A DNA stretch of 61,782 bases from an uncultured Methanosarcinales archaeon (lineage in GTDB: Archaea > Nanobdellota > Nanobdellia > Woesearchaeales > CAYZNE01): contig CAYONI010000005.1 of the NCBI GenBank assembly GCA_964405295.1, forward strand, positions 1-61,782, read 5' to 3'. Positions 47,882-58,625 of this stretch are shown piece by piece. Within the stretch, counting starts at the first letter, position 1, and the number at the start of each line of letters is the position of its first letter. The position numbers and the translations under genes were made by a program. The notes under the pieces are model-generated. The model was not told the origin of the DNA. It saw only the letters and a list, made by a program, of their open reading frames with translations, and searched no databases.

Positions 47882-49033
47882 ATGTTTAACCTTCAAGAAT
47901 ACATAAAATCAACAAAAGTCTTTGTAATATTTTCATTTGTAGTAGCAATGATTATGCCTATTCTTGCGCCATATTTGAAAAGTGTTGGTTTTAGTGATGT
48001 AACATTAAGTTTATTGTTCGCAATATTCCCGCTAGCAGCAATTATTATTTCCCCAATAATAGGTAAAATTTCTGATGAAATAGGAAGAAATAAAATAATC
48101 TTTATTGGCATTGTAATTGAAATTGCTGCACTTATATTATATGGATTAGGATTAAACACCTGGACAATAGTTATTGCAAGAATTTTTGATGCAATTGCAG
48201 GAATAATTTTAGGAGTTTTAGCTCTGGCAAAAGTCGAAGATCATTTAAGTAACAAATCAAGAGGAAAATTTGCAGGAATAAGCTTGAGCATCCAATCTGC
48301 AGCAGGAATGATTGCACCACTTATAGGAGGATTTCTTGCCGATTATTTCTTCATAAAAGCACCGTTCATATTAGGAATAGTTATCTTAGGGATATTATTA
48401 TTCATGATAAAAGAACCTAAAAGAAAAAAACAAAAAACAAAAATAAGCAAAAAAGATTTCAATTGGCTATCAGAGATAAAAGAATTTCTATCATATAAAA
48501 AACTTAGAGGAATGGCAATTCTCGGATTTGTATTTAATACAATGAACCCTGCAATAGTATTATTTCTTCCAATATTAATAACTGAATATATGGGCCTATC
48601 TTATTTTCACGTTGGCCTGGCATATGCTGCACTAAGTGCAGCCCATATCCTCCAATTTATATTCGGCAAATGGGCAGACAGAAGCGCTTACAAAGTAATA
48701 ATGATAGGGTCAATTATTTCAGGAACCTGTGCAATCTTAATCGGACGATCATTCACATTTACATTATTGTTAATTGTATTATTTATTAGAGGTATTGGAA
48801 ACAGCATGTGGAATGTTTCTGCATGGACACTCATGTCTAAAATAGGTGAAAAAATAAAATTAGAAGGAGAAATAGTTGGCTCATATCTATCAATCACAAA
48901 ATTTGGATCACTTATCAGCTACCTTGCCAGCGGGTTCATAGTTGCAATGTTCGGAATTAGAAATTTATTTGCAGTTACTGGAACTATCATTGTAATTGGA
49001 GCTGCAATCGCATTCTTTTTTCTAAAAGAGTAA
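47882..49033 (+). CDS. MFS transporter
   Basis: GKISDEIGR motif A, ~12 TMs. Confidence 0.9.
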   Translation: MFNLQEYIKSTKVFVIFSFVVAMIMPILAPYLKSVGFSDVTLSLLFAIFPLAAIIISPIIGKISDEIGRNKIIFIGIVIEIAALILYGLGLNTWTIVIARIFDAIAGIILGVLALAKVEDHLSNKSRGKFAGISLSIQSAAGMIAPLIGGFLADYFFIKAPFILGIVILGILLFMIKEPKRKKQKTKISKKDFNWLSEIKEFLSYKKLRGMAILGFVFNTMNPAIVLFLPILITEYMGLSYFHVGLAYAALSAAHILQFIFGKWADRSAYKVIMIGSIISGTCAILIGRSFTFTLLLIVLFIRGIGNSMWNVSAWTLMSKIGEKIKLEGEIVGSYLSITKFGSLISYLASGFIVAMFGIRNLFAVTGTIIVIGAAIAFFFLKE

Positions 49034-49097
49034 CACAAAACAACATTATCATAAGATTTAAAAAGAATCACCTCAATATTCTTATTTGGTGAGCTAG

Positions 49098-49661
49098 ATG
49101 TTATATCTTATAATAGGAATTTTAATAGTTATAGTAATTGCAGCAATATTGTTCACTATATTAAAAAGTATAATAAAAGCAATTCTTTTCACACTATTCA
49201 TAGTTGCAGTATTAGGAATTATATTTGGAATTTTTATTATAACTGATGCTAATACATTCAAACAAAAAATGGACAACAGCCAAAACACATACTTATTCAT
49301 TAATGATAATATTGCAATTCAAGGTGTTAGAATAAAAAATGAAGATAATAATAGTGTAATAAATCCAATTGGAAGCGAACAATTAGAAATAATTAATGAA
49401 AAACTCAAAGATAATGATTTAAAAGAAATAAAAGGTAGTGATTACAAACTAATTTTTATTAAATCATATGAAAAAAATAATACACAAGAAAATTTTGAAG
49501 GAAAAATGGAAGAAACTTTTAGTAATCCTGCAAACTTAATTAAAAACATTAAATCTGGGAATCTTAGAATTTATCCTGAAAACACGATGTTTAAAGTTCT
49601 CAAGTATATTCCTGACCAAATTATTAACTTAGCTTCAAAACTTATTAGTAAAAAAGGGTGA
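49098..49661 (+). CDS. Membrane-anchored hypothetical protein
   Basis: Two N-terminal TMs. Confidence 0.75.
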   Translation: MLYLIIGILIVIVIAAILFTILKSIIKAILFTLFIVAVLGIIFGIFIITDANTFKQKMDNSQNTYLFINDNIAIQGVRIKNEDNNSVINPIGSEQLEIINEKLKDNDLKEIKGSDYKLIFIKSYEKNNTQENFEGKMEETFSNPANLIKNIKSGNLRIYPENTMFKVLKYIPDQIINLASKLISKKG

Positions 49662-49665
49662 AAAA

Positions 49666-50025
49666 ATGTTTTTCAATAAAAAAAATAAAGATGACGACCT
49701 TGATTTTGATAAAGATATGGGTGCACCATTTGATGATAAAACATCCAAAGATGATCTTCTTGGTGACACAAATAAAACTTCTGAGTTTGATAACTTTACT
49801 TCAAACGATTACTCAGCACAATCAGAATCATTAAGTGCTTTACATAGTCAAGGCCATAGCCAACAACCTTCACAAATGCAAGCAACTACAAATATGGATT
49901 CAAAAGAATTTCAAATAATGAATTCAAAACTTGATGCTATCAAATCTGAGATGGATGCACTAATGCAACACGTTCTAAAACTTGAAAGAGAAATTAATTC
50001 AAACAAGAAAAAACCCATGTGGTAA
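49666..50025 (+). CDS. Hypothetical protein with C-terminal coiled coil
   Basis: EFQIMNSKLDAIKSEMD. Confidence 0.7.
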   Translation: MFFNKKNKDDDLDFDKDMGAPFDDKTSKDDLLGDTNKTSEFDNFTSNDYSAQSESLSALHSQGHSQQPSQMQATTNMDSKEFQIMNSKLDAIKSEMDALMQHVLKLEREINSNKKKPMW

Positions 50026-50032
50026 ATTTAAA

Positions 50033-51202
50033 ATGCACAGATTTCAACTTAAAGCAGAGTACTTATTAAAAAAAGATATAAACGAATTATATATTATGAG
50101 TGCAATCCGAACTTTTGCAATCTCAACAATCATGATTTTTATTCCAATCTTTCTTCTAAAAAATAACTTCTCATTTATTGAAATTGGACTCTATATTGTT
50201 TTTTGTTATTTAACATCAATGTTTACTTGTTATCTTGCACTAAAGCTTGCATCAAAAAAAGGAGTTAAACACTGCATAATTGTCAGTGTCCCCACAACAA
50301 TACTATTCTTTCTTATGTTATATAACCTTGTCACAATTAATCTAGCCATTGGAAATTTTTGGACACTTCTTGTCCTAGGTATTACACACTCTCTTGCAGG
50401 AAGTTTTTATTGGATGGGATTTCATCTTGAATTCTCAAAATTTTCTGATGTAAAAAAATCTGCAAAACAAGTTGGGATAACAAATGTTGTATCAACAGTT
50501 TTTTCAATACTTGGACCACTATTTGGTGCAATAATTATAACAACATATTCTTTTAATGCATTATTCATAATTGTTATGATATTAATGGGAGTATCATTTG
50601 TGCCTTTGCTTTTTAGTAGAGAATATCATGAACCTTTTAGTTTTGATTTCAAAGAAGTTTTATCAAAAAGTAAAGATCATAAAAATTGGCCTTTTATTGC
50701 AGAAGGAATAAGAGATATGTCTGCAAGAATTTATTGGCCGGTTCTGTTATATATTCTTGCAATTAGTCTTAATCAAATAGGGGGTATATATGCAATCTCT
50801 AATACGGGGCTGGTTCTAGTAACATTATATCTTGGAAAAATTATAAATAAAAAAAATAAAAGAAAGATATTAACAGTTGGTGCATTTCTAAACTCGACAA
50901 CTCTTATAATTAGAACACTATTCAAAACAATTGCAATTATTGCAATAGTTCAAGGCGCAGGGGGATTAACCTGGGCAATGGTTCACATACCTTTTAGCTC
51001 AACATATTATAATAATTGCAAAAAGAAAGGTATCGGTTACTCAGTTTACTTTCGAGAGCTTTATCTTGACATGGGAAGAGTTATAGGGTCTTTAATACTA
51101 ATAATTCTATTACTAATTGTTGAACCAAAACTTGCATTAATAATTACTATAATAATCGGTGCATTTGCAGGATTGGTTATGACAAAGATTAAAGATGAAT
51201 AA
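50033..51202 (+). CDS. MFS transporter
   Basis: Multi-TM, ILGPLFGAII; ATG 50033. Confidence 0.85.
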   Translation: MHRFQLKAEYLLKKDINELYIMSAIRTFAISTIMIFIPIFLLKNNFSFIEIGLYIVFCYLTSMFTCYLALKLASKKGVKHCIIVSVPTTILFFLMLYNLVTINLAIGNFWTLLVLGITHSLAGSFYWMGFHLEFSKFSDVKKSAKQVGITNVVSTVFSILGPLFGAIIITTYSFNALFIIVMILMGVSFVPLLFSREYHEPFSFDFKEVLSKSKDHKNWPFIAEGIRDMSARIYWPVLLYILAISLNQIGGIYAISNTGLVLVTLYLGKIINKKNKRKILTVGAFLNSTTLIIRTLFKTIAIIAIVQGAGGLTWAMVHIPFSSTYYNNCKKKGIGYSVYFRELYLDMGRVIGSLILIILLLIVEPKLALIITIIIGAFAGLVMTKIKDE

Positions 51203-51227
51203 ACTCAATAATTAAAAATTATTGGTC
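51202..51227 (-). repeat. Bulged-hairpin repeat copy (reverse orientation)
   Basis: Minus strand GAC-CAATAATT-ttt-AATTATTG-A-GTT. Confidence 0.65.
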
Positions 51228-51252
51228 ATTCACCAAAAAAGATGAATAAAAA

Positions 51253-51696
51253 ATGAATAAGGAAAAATTTATTTCAAAAAATGTATGGGTGCTTTTAATC
51301 CCTGCACTCTTCTTTATATTTGATAGAATCTTCAAAAACATTGCACTGAAAAACATTACTACAAGCAATTTTCTGTTTGATTTTCACTATGTTGCAAACT
51401 CTGGTGTCAGCTGGGGTCTGTTAAAAGGAAACTCCGGATTACTACTATGGATATCTGTGATTATTGTTGGAGTTTTATTATATTTCTACAAAGATTTAGA
51501 GAATGTAAAACTTGGAACAAACTTAATTTTGATAGGTGCAATAAGTAATATCTTTGATAGAGTTCTTTTTGGACACATTGTTGATTACATAGATTTTCGA
51601 TTTTTTCCAGTATTTAATATCGCAGACGCCTGCATAGTACTGGGTGGGATCTACATTATTCTGTGGTTTTTGTTCTTTGAGAAGAAGAAGGGATAG
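51253..51696 (+). CDS. lspA: Signal peptidase II (lipoprotein signal peptidase)
   Basis: NSGVSWG, GAISNIFDR, VDYI, PVFNIAD. Confidence 0.93.
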   Translation: MNKEKFISKNVWVLLIPALFFIFDRIFKNIALKNITTSNFLFDFHYVANSGVSWGLLKGNSGLLLWISVIIVGVLLYFYKDLENVKLGTNLILIGAISNIFDRVLFGHIVDYIDFRFFPVFNIADACIVLGGIYIILWFLFFEKKKG

Positions 51697-52084
51697 AAAT
51701 ATATTTACCAATCGATGTTCTTTTTAATTGAGTAATTTCTTCTTCATTTAAAGCTCTAGATGTAAATTCATAATCTCCTAAATTTGTTTTATCTATAATA
51801 ATAGCTATATCTTCTTTAGCTGGAAGATTAGCAACAACAATAGTTTTTGGAATACTTATAGCCTTACCTGACCTAGAATAAGCAACAGCAATATTTTTAT
51901 TTAAATCTTCAAAAGTGTACAAAGTAGACATCTTATCACAAACATATAATATTTGCCCCTCTAAACTTTTTTCTGCTACAGAAGTATTAGACTTACCTTT
52001 AGATTTATCTTCAACCTCAGGTTCAACTGTATATTTCTTCTTAATTTCAATTGCAAAAATATAGGATAATGCGGGATGTATCAT
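51656..52084 (-). CDS. Hypothetical protein
   Basis: 142-aa ORF with upstream TATA-like motif. Confidence 0.6.
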   Translation of the reverse strand: MIHPALSYIFAIEIKKKYTVEPEVEDKSKGKSNTSVAEKSLEGQILYVCDKMSTLYTFEDLNKNIAVAYSRSGKAISIPKTIVVANLPAKEDIAIIIDKTNLGDYEFTSRALNEEEITQLKRTSIGKYISIPSSSQRTKTTE

Positions 52085-52220
52085 AAAAAATCAGAATCAA
52101 CTATATATTATAAATCTTTCTCAAAACCGCATAAGATTTATAAATAAAACCGGTTTCCATAGCAATAAGTGATTAACTGAGTCCTATACATTATTATGGG
52201 GTGCTCGGAGGAGATTATAA

Positions 52221-52712
52221 ATGGAATTTAAATTAAATATTGGTTGTCCAAAAACCAAGAAATGTATTAAAAAAGAATTAAAAGATACTGATTGTAAACC
52301 TATGATAGGTAAAAAAATCGGTGATGTTCTAAAAGGAGAAGCAATTGACTTTCCTGGTTATGAATTTAAAATAACAGGCGGTTCTGACTCTTCAGGATTC
52401 CCGATGAGATGGGATGTTGATTCTACAGCTAGAAAAAAGATTCTTATTGCATCTGGTGTTGGAATAAAAAAGAAAAAGAGAAAAGGAATCAGATTAAGAA
52501 AAACTGTTGCAGGAAACTTTGTTCATGAAAAAACTGCACAAATCAATCTTAAAATAATGAAGTATGGCCCTCAACCTTTAGAAAAAGTTGCTGAAGAGCC
52601 GAAAACAGAAAAAGCTCCAGTAGCAGAGGAGAAAAAACCTGAAGTTAAGAAAGAAAAACCAAAGGAAACTCCTAAAAAAGTGAAAGAAGAAAAAAAGGAG
52701 GAAGCCAAATAA
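52221..52712 (+). CDS. rps6e: 30S ribosomal protein S6e
   Basis: GYEFKITGGSDSSGFPMR, RKTVAGN. Confidence 0.96.
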   Translation: MEFKLNIGCPKTKKCIKKELKDTDCKPMIGKKIGDVLKGEAIDFPGYEFKITGGSDSSGFPMRWDVDSTARKKILIASGVGIKKKKRKGIRLRKTVAGNFVHEKTAQINLKIMKYGPQPLEKVAEEPKTEKAPVAEEKKPEVKKEKPKETPKKVKEEKKEEAK

Positions 52713-52769
52713 AGTTCAAAGGAGATGTGAGGTATTAGCTACCTTGAATCCATATAAAGGTGAAATAAA

Positions 52770-53390
52770 ATGGGATATCTAAAATATCTAAAAGCAATCT
52801 GGAATAAACCAGACGCAGAAGCTAAAAAACTAGCACAAGAAAGGTTAATTCAGTATAGAAGAGAACCTGCAACTCTAAGAGTAGCTAAACCAACAAGGAT
52901 TGATAGAGCAAGAGCTCTTGGCTATAAAGCAAAACAAGGATTTATCATTGTTAGACAAAGAGCACTTAGAGGCGGACATAAAAGAAAGAATGATATTAGA
53001 GGTAGAAGGCCTAAACACAATCGAAGAAATCTTGTTTTAAGAAAATCTTACCAACAAATCTGTGAAGAAAGAGCAAACAGAGCATATACTAATTGCGAAG
53101 TTTTGAACAGTTACTATCTTACTAAAGACGGACAAAACGTTTGGTATGAAATCATATTAATTGAAAGATCACATCCACAAATTCTTGCAAGTAAAGAATT
53201 AACAAACATTGCAAAGAAGAAAGGAAGAACTTTTAGAGGACTTACAAGTGCAGGTAGAAAAGCTAGACATCTAGATGTAAAGGGTAAAGGAACAGAAAAA
53301 CTTAGACCTAGTAAGAGAGCTAACTACAGAAGAAAGCACAGAAAAGACGCTCCAAAGTTTAGAAAGCGTGATAACAAGAACAACAAGTAA
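52770..53390 (+). CDS. rpl15e: 50S ribosomal protein L15e
   Basis: PTRIDRARALGYKAKQG, EVLNSY, FRGLTSAG. Confidence 0.97.
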   Translation: MGYLKYLKAIWNKPDAEAKKLAQERLIQYRREPATLRVAKPTRIDRARALGYKAKQGFIIVRQRALRGGHKRKNDIRGRRPKHNRRNLVLRKSYQQICEERANRAYTNCEVLNSYYLTKDGQNVWYEIILIERSHPQILASKELTNIAKKKGRTFRGLTSAGRKARHLDVKGKGTEKLRPSKRANYRRKHRKDAPKFRKRDNKNNK

Positions 53391-53436
53391 ATATTCTTTT
53401 TTTTATTTCTTTTTTTATTATTTTATTCCGTTTTTC

Positions 53437-53470
53437 GGTGCCAATAAATCATTAATATTTATTGAGCATT
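53437..53470 (+). repeat. Bulged-hairpin repeat copy
   Basis: GGTGC-CAATAAAT-cattaat-ATTTATTG-A-GCATT. Confidence 0.8.
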
Positions 53471-53553
53471 TTTAATTACAATCTATTCTACCTTAATTTA
53501 TAACAACATTTAAAAACAACCTGAGTCATATTCTGTATAAAAGAAGGTGAGAT

Positions 53554-55236
53554 ATGGAGAATATTCTATTTGACATTGCGATAATTATCATAGTTGCTGC
53601 AATAGGAGGATTTATTGCGAATAGGACTAAACAACCATTAGTTCTTGCATATATTCTTACAGGTGTATTATTAGGTCCTATACTAGGATTAATTACAGAT
53701 TTAAATACAATTCACATGTTATCTGAAATTGGCATTGCATTCTTATTATTTATTGTAGGTCTTGATTTAAACTTAAAAAAATTAAAACATATTGGACCAG
53801 TTGCAACAGTTGGAGCAATAAGCCAGATGGCATTATTTTTTATATTGGGTTTTGCAACAGGAAGTTTCTTTGGATTTACATCAATGACGTCTATATATGT
53901 GGGTTTGATAATTATGTTCAGTAGTACAATGGTTGTCCTAAAAATGCTCTCTGATAAAAAAGAACTGGACACTCTACACTCAAGAATTGTTATCGGAACA
54001 TTATTAATGCAGGACATAGTTGCGATAATCGCACTTTCACTATTAAACCAGGTAGGAAATCTTAATATTACAAGTTTACTTATTACACTAATAACAGGTG
54101 TAGCCTTAGTTGGTTTAGCATATCTACTTGCAAAATTTATATTCCCAAAAATATTCAAACTAGCAGCAAGATCTCAAGAAGTCCTATTCATGATCAGTCT
54201 TGCAGTGTGCTTTTCATTTGCATTTTTATTTCACATAGGAGGATTTTCAATTGCAGTGGGAGCATTTATTGCAGGAGTAACAATTGGTAACTTACCATAT
54301 AATCATGAAATTTCAGGCAAAATAAAACCTCTAAGAGACTTTTTCGCAGTTCTATTCTTTGCCTCATTAGGACTAGAATTAATATTTAATGGAATAATGA
54401 ATATAATCTGGCCAATTGTAGTTTTAGTTATGATAGTTATAATATTAAAACCAATAATTATAATAATAACTGTATCTATGTTTGGATACAAAAAAAGAGT
54501 ATCATTTCTTTCAGGATTAACACTTGCACAAATCTCAGAGTTTGGTCTAATACTTGCTGCACAAGGATTAATGTTGGGACATATCTCAAGAGAAATCTAC
54601 ACAATAGCAATTGTTGTTGCACTAATCTCAATTACTAGCACATCATATTTTATTAAATTTGAACAAAGACTATATTATAAGATATCAAAAAAACTAAGAT
54701 TTTTAGACAAAATTGGTAAAAAATCTCAAGCATTAGAATTATTTAATGACAAAACAAAGCACAAAGTTATACTCTGTGGGTATAATAGAATAGGATATAG
54801 TATTTTCCATAGTCTTCAAAAAATAAGAAAAGATTTTGTTGTTGTTGAATATAATCCAGATATAATTAAGTCTTTAATTAATAGAAAAATACCTTGTATA
54901 TACGGTGACTTGAATGACCCTGAAGTTCTTGATAATCTTAATTTTAGCGAGGTTGAACTAGTTATATCAACAATTCCTGATCTTTCAGCAAATTTAATTA
55001 TTCTACATGAAGTTAAGAGAAGGAAGAAGAAAATAAATATTATTTTAACAGCGTATAGTATTGGTGATGCACTCGAATTGTATAAAGCAGGAGCAGATTA
55101 TGTTATTGTTCCACACCTACTTGGAGGAGAACATGTTTCCCTAATGCTTGAGAATATTGGGGATAATCTTGACGAACTAATTAAAACAAAACTAAGACAT
55201 ATCAACGAATTGCATTTGAGAAGAAACTTAATGTAA
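53554..55236 (+). CDS. CPA2/Kef-type cation:proton antiporter with TrkA-N domain
   Basis: SSTMVV, QDIV, PLRDFF, QISEFG; CGYNRIG and YGD in RCK domain. Confidence 0.92.
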   Translation: MENILFDIAIIIIVAAIGGFIANRTKQPLVLAYILTGVLLGPILGLITDLNTIHMLSEIGIAFLLFIVGLDLNLKKLKHIGPVATVGAISQMALFFILGFATGSFFGFTSMTSIYVGLIIMFSSTMVVLKMLSDKKELDTLHSRIVIGTLLMQDIVAIIALSLLNQVGNLNITSLLITLITGVALVGLAYLLAKFIFPKIFKLAARSQEVLFMISLAVCFSFAFLFHIGGFSIAVGAFIAGVTIGNLPYNHEISGKIKPLRDFFAVLFFASLGLELIFNGIMNIIWPIVVLVMIVIILKPIIIIITVSMFGYKKRVSFLSGLTLAQISEFGLILAAQGLMLGHISREIYTIAIVVALISITSTSYFIKFEQRLYYKISKKLRFLDKIGKKSQALELFNDKTKHKVILCGYNRIGYSIFHSLQKIRKDFVVVEYNPDIIKSLINRKIPCIYGDLNDPEVLDNLNFSEVELVISTIPDLSANLIILHEVKRRKKKINIILTAYSIGDALELYKAGADYVIVPHLLGGEHVSLMLENIGDNLDELIKTKLRHINELHLRRNLM

Positions 55237-55388
55237 TAATACTATTCTAAAGCGAGCTGATTAAATGATTATATTAAGTGCGTTGTCGAGGGATGCGTCT
55301 ACGGGAAATTAGAAATTTCCTGTATGCTCACGCACTACGGACCGACAGCACTAATAAGTTTATATCTACTCAGCGAGAAATAGTATTA
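55237..55388. ncRNA. Unrecognised structured intergenic element, copy B
   Basis: Closed by TAATACTATT/AATAGTATTA stem; core shared with 23233-23345. Confidence 0.55.
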
Positions 55389-57266
55389 TTAATGTAAAGA
55401 AATATTCTCTTCACTTAATAAATAAATTAATTCTATTAGGGTTGAACTCGACCAGGATTGATTTAGACAACCTTCTCCTGTCTGCATTTTTGCAGAACTA
55501 ACTTCAGAAGAACCTCCAATAACGCCACTAAAAAATAAATCTTTGAGTGAAGCATCAAATATTGATTTTATTTTCACAGAGAATTCTTTCTTATCAACTA
55601 AATATAACTGTGTTGCTGCAATATTATTAATAAAGTACCAAGAATCTCCTCTATGATAACTTTTATTATCTGAACCAGAATGTATATCTGTAAACCCGCA
55701 GTTATTTTTGTCGATAGAACTTAGACCTCCCCAATTTAACCATAAAGCATCAAGGGAATTTTTGAATGCAGATTTCCACTCTTCATCACTAAATAAATGA
55801 GGGTAAACATATCTTGCAAGAAATATGTTTGGTCTTTGAACAAAATCTGCATGATCATCACAAACTCTATCTGCAATTCTTCCATCTTTAAAGAATTTTT
55901 TTCTAACATTAAGAATTAATTTTCTTTCAATATCCAAATCTCTTTTTCGAACTCGTTGATGAGTTAATATCGAACATAAACACAAAGTTTTAATCATAGA
56001 CAAAGTTAAAGCTTGTATTTCAATGCAATAACCTGCACGGCCATTATCTTCATAATTAGTATCCATCCAAGTTTCATTTTTACCAGAATATATTAAACCG
56101 TTTTGCATATTGTTCCTAATAAAATCATCAAAAATATTTTCTAATTGTGATTTTAATTTTATCAAAGAATCTTTGCTATAAAACTCAAATATTCTTCCTT
56201 TATTAACTAGGATATACAGAAAATCATAATATCTTTTAAAAAACCAACCAGTACTATCAATAGCTTTTAATTCTGACCTAGGAATTCTAGAATTTATTAG
56301 TCCCTTATTATGCTCGAGAGAAAGATATTGGTCTAGTATTTTTTTTGTAATATCAAACTTGTTTGTTAAAATTAATGCTCCGAGGGAAATTAGGGAATCT
56401 CTTGTCCAAAATTGAAAAAACCACGGCCACCCTGCAAATATTTGTTTTACAAAATATTTGTTATTGAGCAAAACCTGGTGTATATTCATATTTAGAGAAT
56501 ATGATAATGTTGATAAATCTTCTTGATATTTTGTTTTAATAGAAGATTTGAAAATACTATCAAAACTAAACGTAGAAATATTTATCTTAGAATAATGTTT
56601 TAATCTTTCTATTGCTTCAGGTTCTGTTTTAGCATAAGAAATAGCTATTCTTCCATTGGCAGAAACAAATTTAAAACTTATTGCTCTATTGATATACCTA
56701 TTTGAAGAATAACCTCTTTTATTGTCTATAGAATAGCATTTAGAAATCCAATTATCTTCCACTTTTAATGAATTTTTATCAATTGAATCAAGCAATATAG
56801 TTAGGAAAAATCGATCTTGTAGAGTTTTTAATGAACTATCAGAATACTTTAAACACTCTATTATTAAAATATTATTTTTAATGTGATATTTGTAAACTCT
56901 TCCTAGCTCAGGAAAATCATAGAAATCTCTGAAATCCAAATCTATTGAAACAAAATCATTATAATTTTCAACATCACAAATAAGAATGTGACCAAGATAA
57001 TAAGTTTGTTTTGAATCAGCTTTAATAATAGATGTTTTTTTTGGAGAATGAATTACCTTAACAGTCTCACCTAAAAAATTAATTGAATCAATTAATTTAT
57101 ACATAGAACTATTTCTGAAAAAACTAAAACCCTGATAACTTGTTTGATCATTAGAAATAGAAAAATAACTTCCTTTATTATTACTCAATAAAACTATTGG
57201 ATTACTACACTCTCCAGATATTTCTTGCTTATTAAAGATATGTGTTATTCCAACTATACTTCTCAC
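55389..57266 (-). CDS. Amylo-alpha-1,6-glucosidase (glycogen debranching) family
   Basis: AGWPWFFQFWTRDSLISL, TWMDT, QRPN, YHRGDSW, QSWS. Confidence 0.88.
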   Translation of the reverse strand: MRSIVGITHIFNKQEISGECSNPIVLLSNNKGSYFSISNDQTSYQGFSFFRNSSMYKLIDSINFLGETVKVIHSPKKTSIIKADSKQTYYLGHILICDVENYNDFVSIDLDFRDFYDFPELGRVYKYHIKNNILIIECLKYSDSSLKTLQDRFFLTILLDSIDKNSLKVEDNWISKCYSIDNKRGYSSNRYINRAISFKFVSANGRIAISYAKTEPEAIERLKHYSKINISTFSFDSIFKSSIKTKYQEDLSTLSYSLNMNIHQVLLNNKYFVKQIFAGWPWFFQFWTRDSLISLGALILTNKFDITKKILDQYLSLEHNKGLINSRIPRSELKAIDSTGWFFKRYYDFLYILVNKGRIFEFYSKDSLIKLKSQLENIFDDFIRNNMQNGLIYSGKNETWMDTNYEDNGRAGYCIEIQALTLSMIKTLCLCSILTHQRVRKRDLDIERKLILNVRKKFFKDGRIADRVCDDHADFVQRPNIFLARYVYPHLFSDEEWKSAFKNSLDALWLNWGGLSSIDKNNCGFTDIHSGSDNKSYHRGDSWYFINNIAATQLYLVDKKEFSVKIKSIFDASLKDLFFSGVIGGSSEVSSAKMQTGEGCLNQSWSSSTLIELIYLLSEENISLH

Positions 57267-57298
57267 CCCTAAAACTAAATTAAAACTATTTATTAATA

Positions 57299-58561
57299 TT
57301 ATTCAAATCCTAGCAACTCTTCTTCAATTCTAAGTAACTGATTATATTTTGCAGTTCTATCTGATCTACAAGGAGCACCGGCCTTTATTTGTCCACAACC
57401 AATACCAACAGCTAAATCTGCAATAAAACTATCTTCTGACTCACCACTTCTATGACTCACCATCACATTCCACCCATAACTCTTAGCAAGCTTAGCAGAC
57501 TTTAATGCTTCTGTTAATGTGCCTATTTGATTAACTTTCAATAAAAGTGCATTACAAAGTTTTTTCTTATTTGCAAATTTTATTCTCTTAGTATTTGTTA
57601 CAAGTAAATCATCACCTACGACTTGAACTTTACTTTTTTTACCAAGAGCTTTCATAAACATACTAAATCCTTTAAAATCATCTTCTGCAAAAGGATCTTC
57701 TATTGAAATTATAGGATATTTTGCTATAAGTAATTGATAATAATCAACTAATGCAGTTCTATCGAAATTAAGACCTTTAGCAAGCTCGTATTTCTCGGTT
57801 TTTTTGTCATAGAATTCTGATGCAGCAGCATCAATTGCGAACTTAATTTTATCACCAAAACCAAGAACCCCTCTTGTTTTCATCAACAAATCTAGTGCAT
57901 GATGGGCAAATTTAAGATTTGGAGCAAATCCTCCTTCATCTCCAACACCTGCAGATTCAGGCCCATAATCTTCTATAATTATTTGTTTTAATTTATGATA
58001 AAATTCAGATATTAATCTGACTCGTTCATGCAAAGTCTCTGCATTTGGAACAATCATAAATTCTTGCAACATAAGCGCATTTGAAGCATGTTTCCCACCA
58101 TTTATTACGTTGCTATACAAAACAGGTAGCACTATTTCTTCTGCCTTAATATCAAATAGATTAGCAATATGAATCCATAAAGGAATGCCCAAACATTGAG
58201 CTGCACATCTAGCACAGGCCATACTTACAGAAAGAATTGCATTAGCACCAAGTTTTGATTTATTCTTTGTGCCATCAAGTTTTATCATAGTTTTATCTAT
58301 CTTTTTCTGGTCAATAATAGATACTCCAAGAAGAGCTTTTTTTATCTTAGTATTTACATTATTTACAGCAGTATCAACACCCTTGCCAAAATAAGCATTC
58401 TTTTTGTCTCTAAGTTCAAGAGCCTCGTGGATTCCTGTACTCGCACCACTAGGATCGATTGCAGAAGCAGTGTTGTTTTCTGTGAATACTTGAGCTTCAA
58501 CTGTAGGATTACCCCTAGAATCAAGAACCATTCTTGCTTTAATATCCGTTATCTCAAACAT
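57299..58561 (-). CDS. eno: Enolase
   Basis: DSRGNPTVE, PSGASTG, GDEGGFAP, VSHRSGE. Confidence 0.98.
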   Translation of the reverse strand: MFEITDIKARMVLDSRGNPTVEAQVFTENNTASAIDPSGASTGIHEALELRDKKNAYFGKGVDTAVNNVNTKIKKALLGVSIIDQKKIDKTMIKLDGTKNKSKLGANAILSVSMACARCAAQCLGIPLWIHIANLFDIKAEEIVLPVLYSNVINGGKHASNALMLQEFMIVPNAETLHERVRLISEFYHKLKQIIIEDYGPESAGVGDEGGFAPNLKFAHHALDLLMKTRGVLGFGDKIKFAIDAAASEFYDKKTEKYELAKGLNFDRTALVDYYQLLIAKYPIISIEDPFAEDDFKGFSMFMKALGKKSKVQVVGDDLLVTNTKRIKFANKKKLCNALLLKVNQIGTLTEALKSAKLAKSYGWNVMVSHRSGESEDSFIADLAVGIGCGQIKAGAPCRSDRTAKYNQLLRIEEELLGFE

Positions 58562-58625
58562 AAACACACCTCTAAATGAAATATAGAATAATGATTTATA
58601 AAAGTTATTAAAAGAATAAGAAAAA

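Noticed and set aside
55237..55388. c-di-AMP (ydaO) riboswitch or group II intron domain V
   Set aside because: Only short resemblances (GCTGA, CCGACAGC; TGTATGC..GCACTACGG). It lies 3' of both flanking genes, lacks the remaining consensus, and these pieces are not kept in copy A
57182..57205. Possible extra reversed copy of the bulged hairpin (TACTCAATAA..TATTGG)
   Set aside because: Inside a coding region with imperfect stems; plausible by chance in AT-rich DNA
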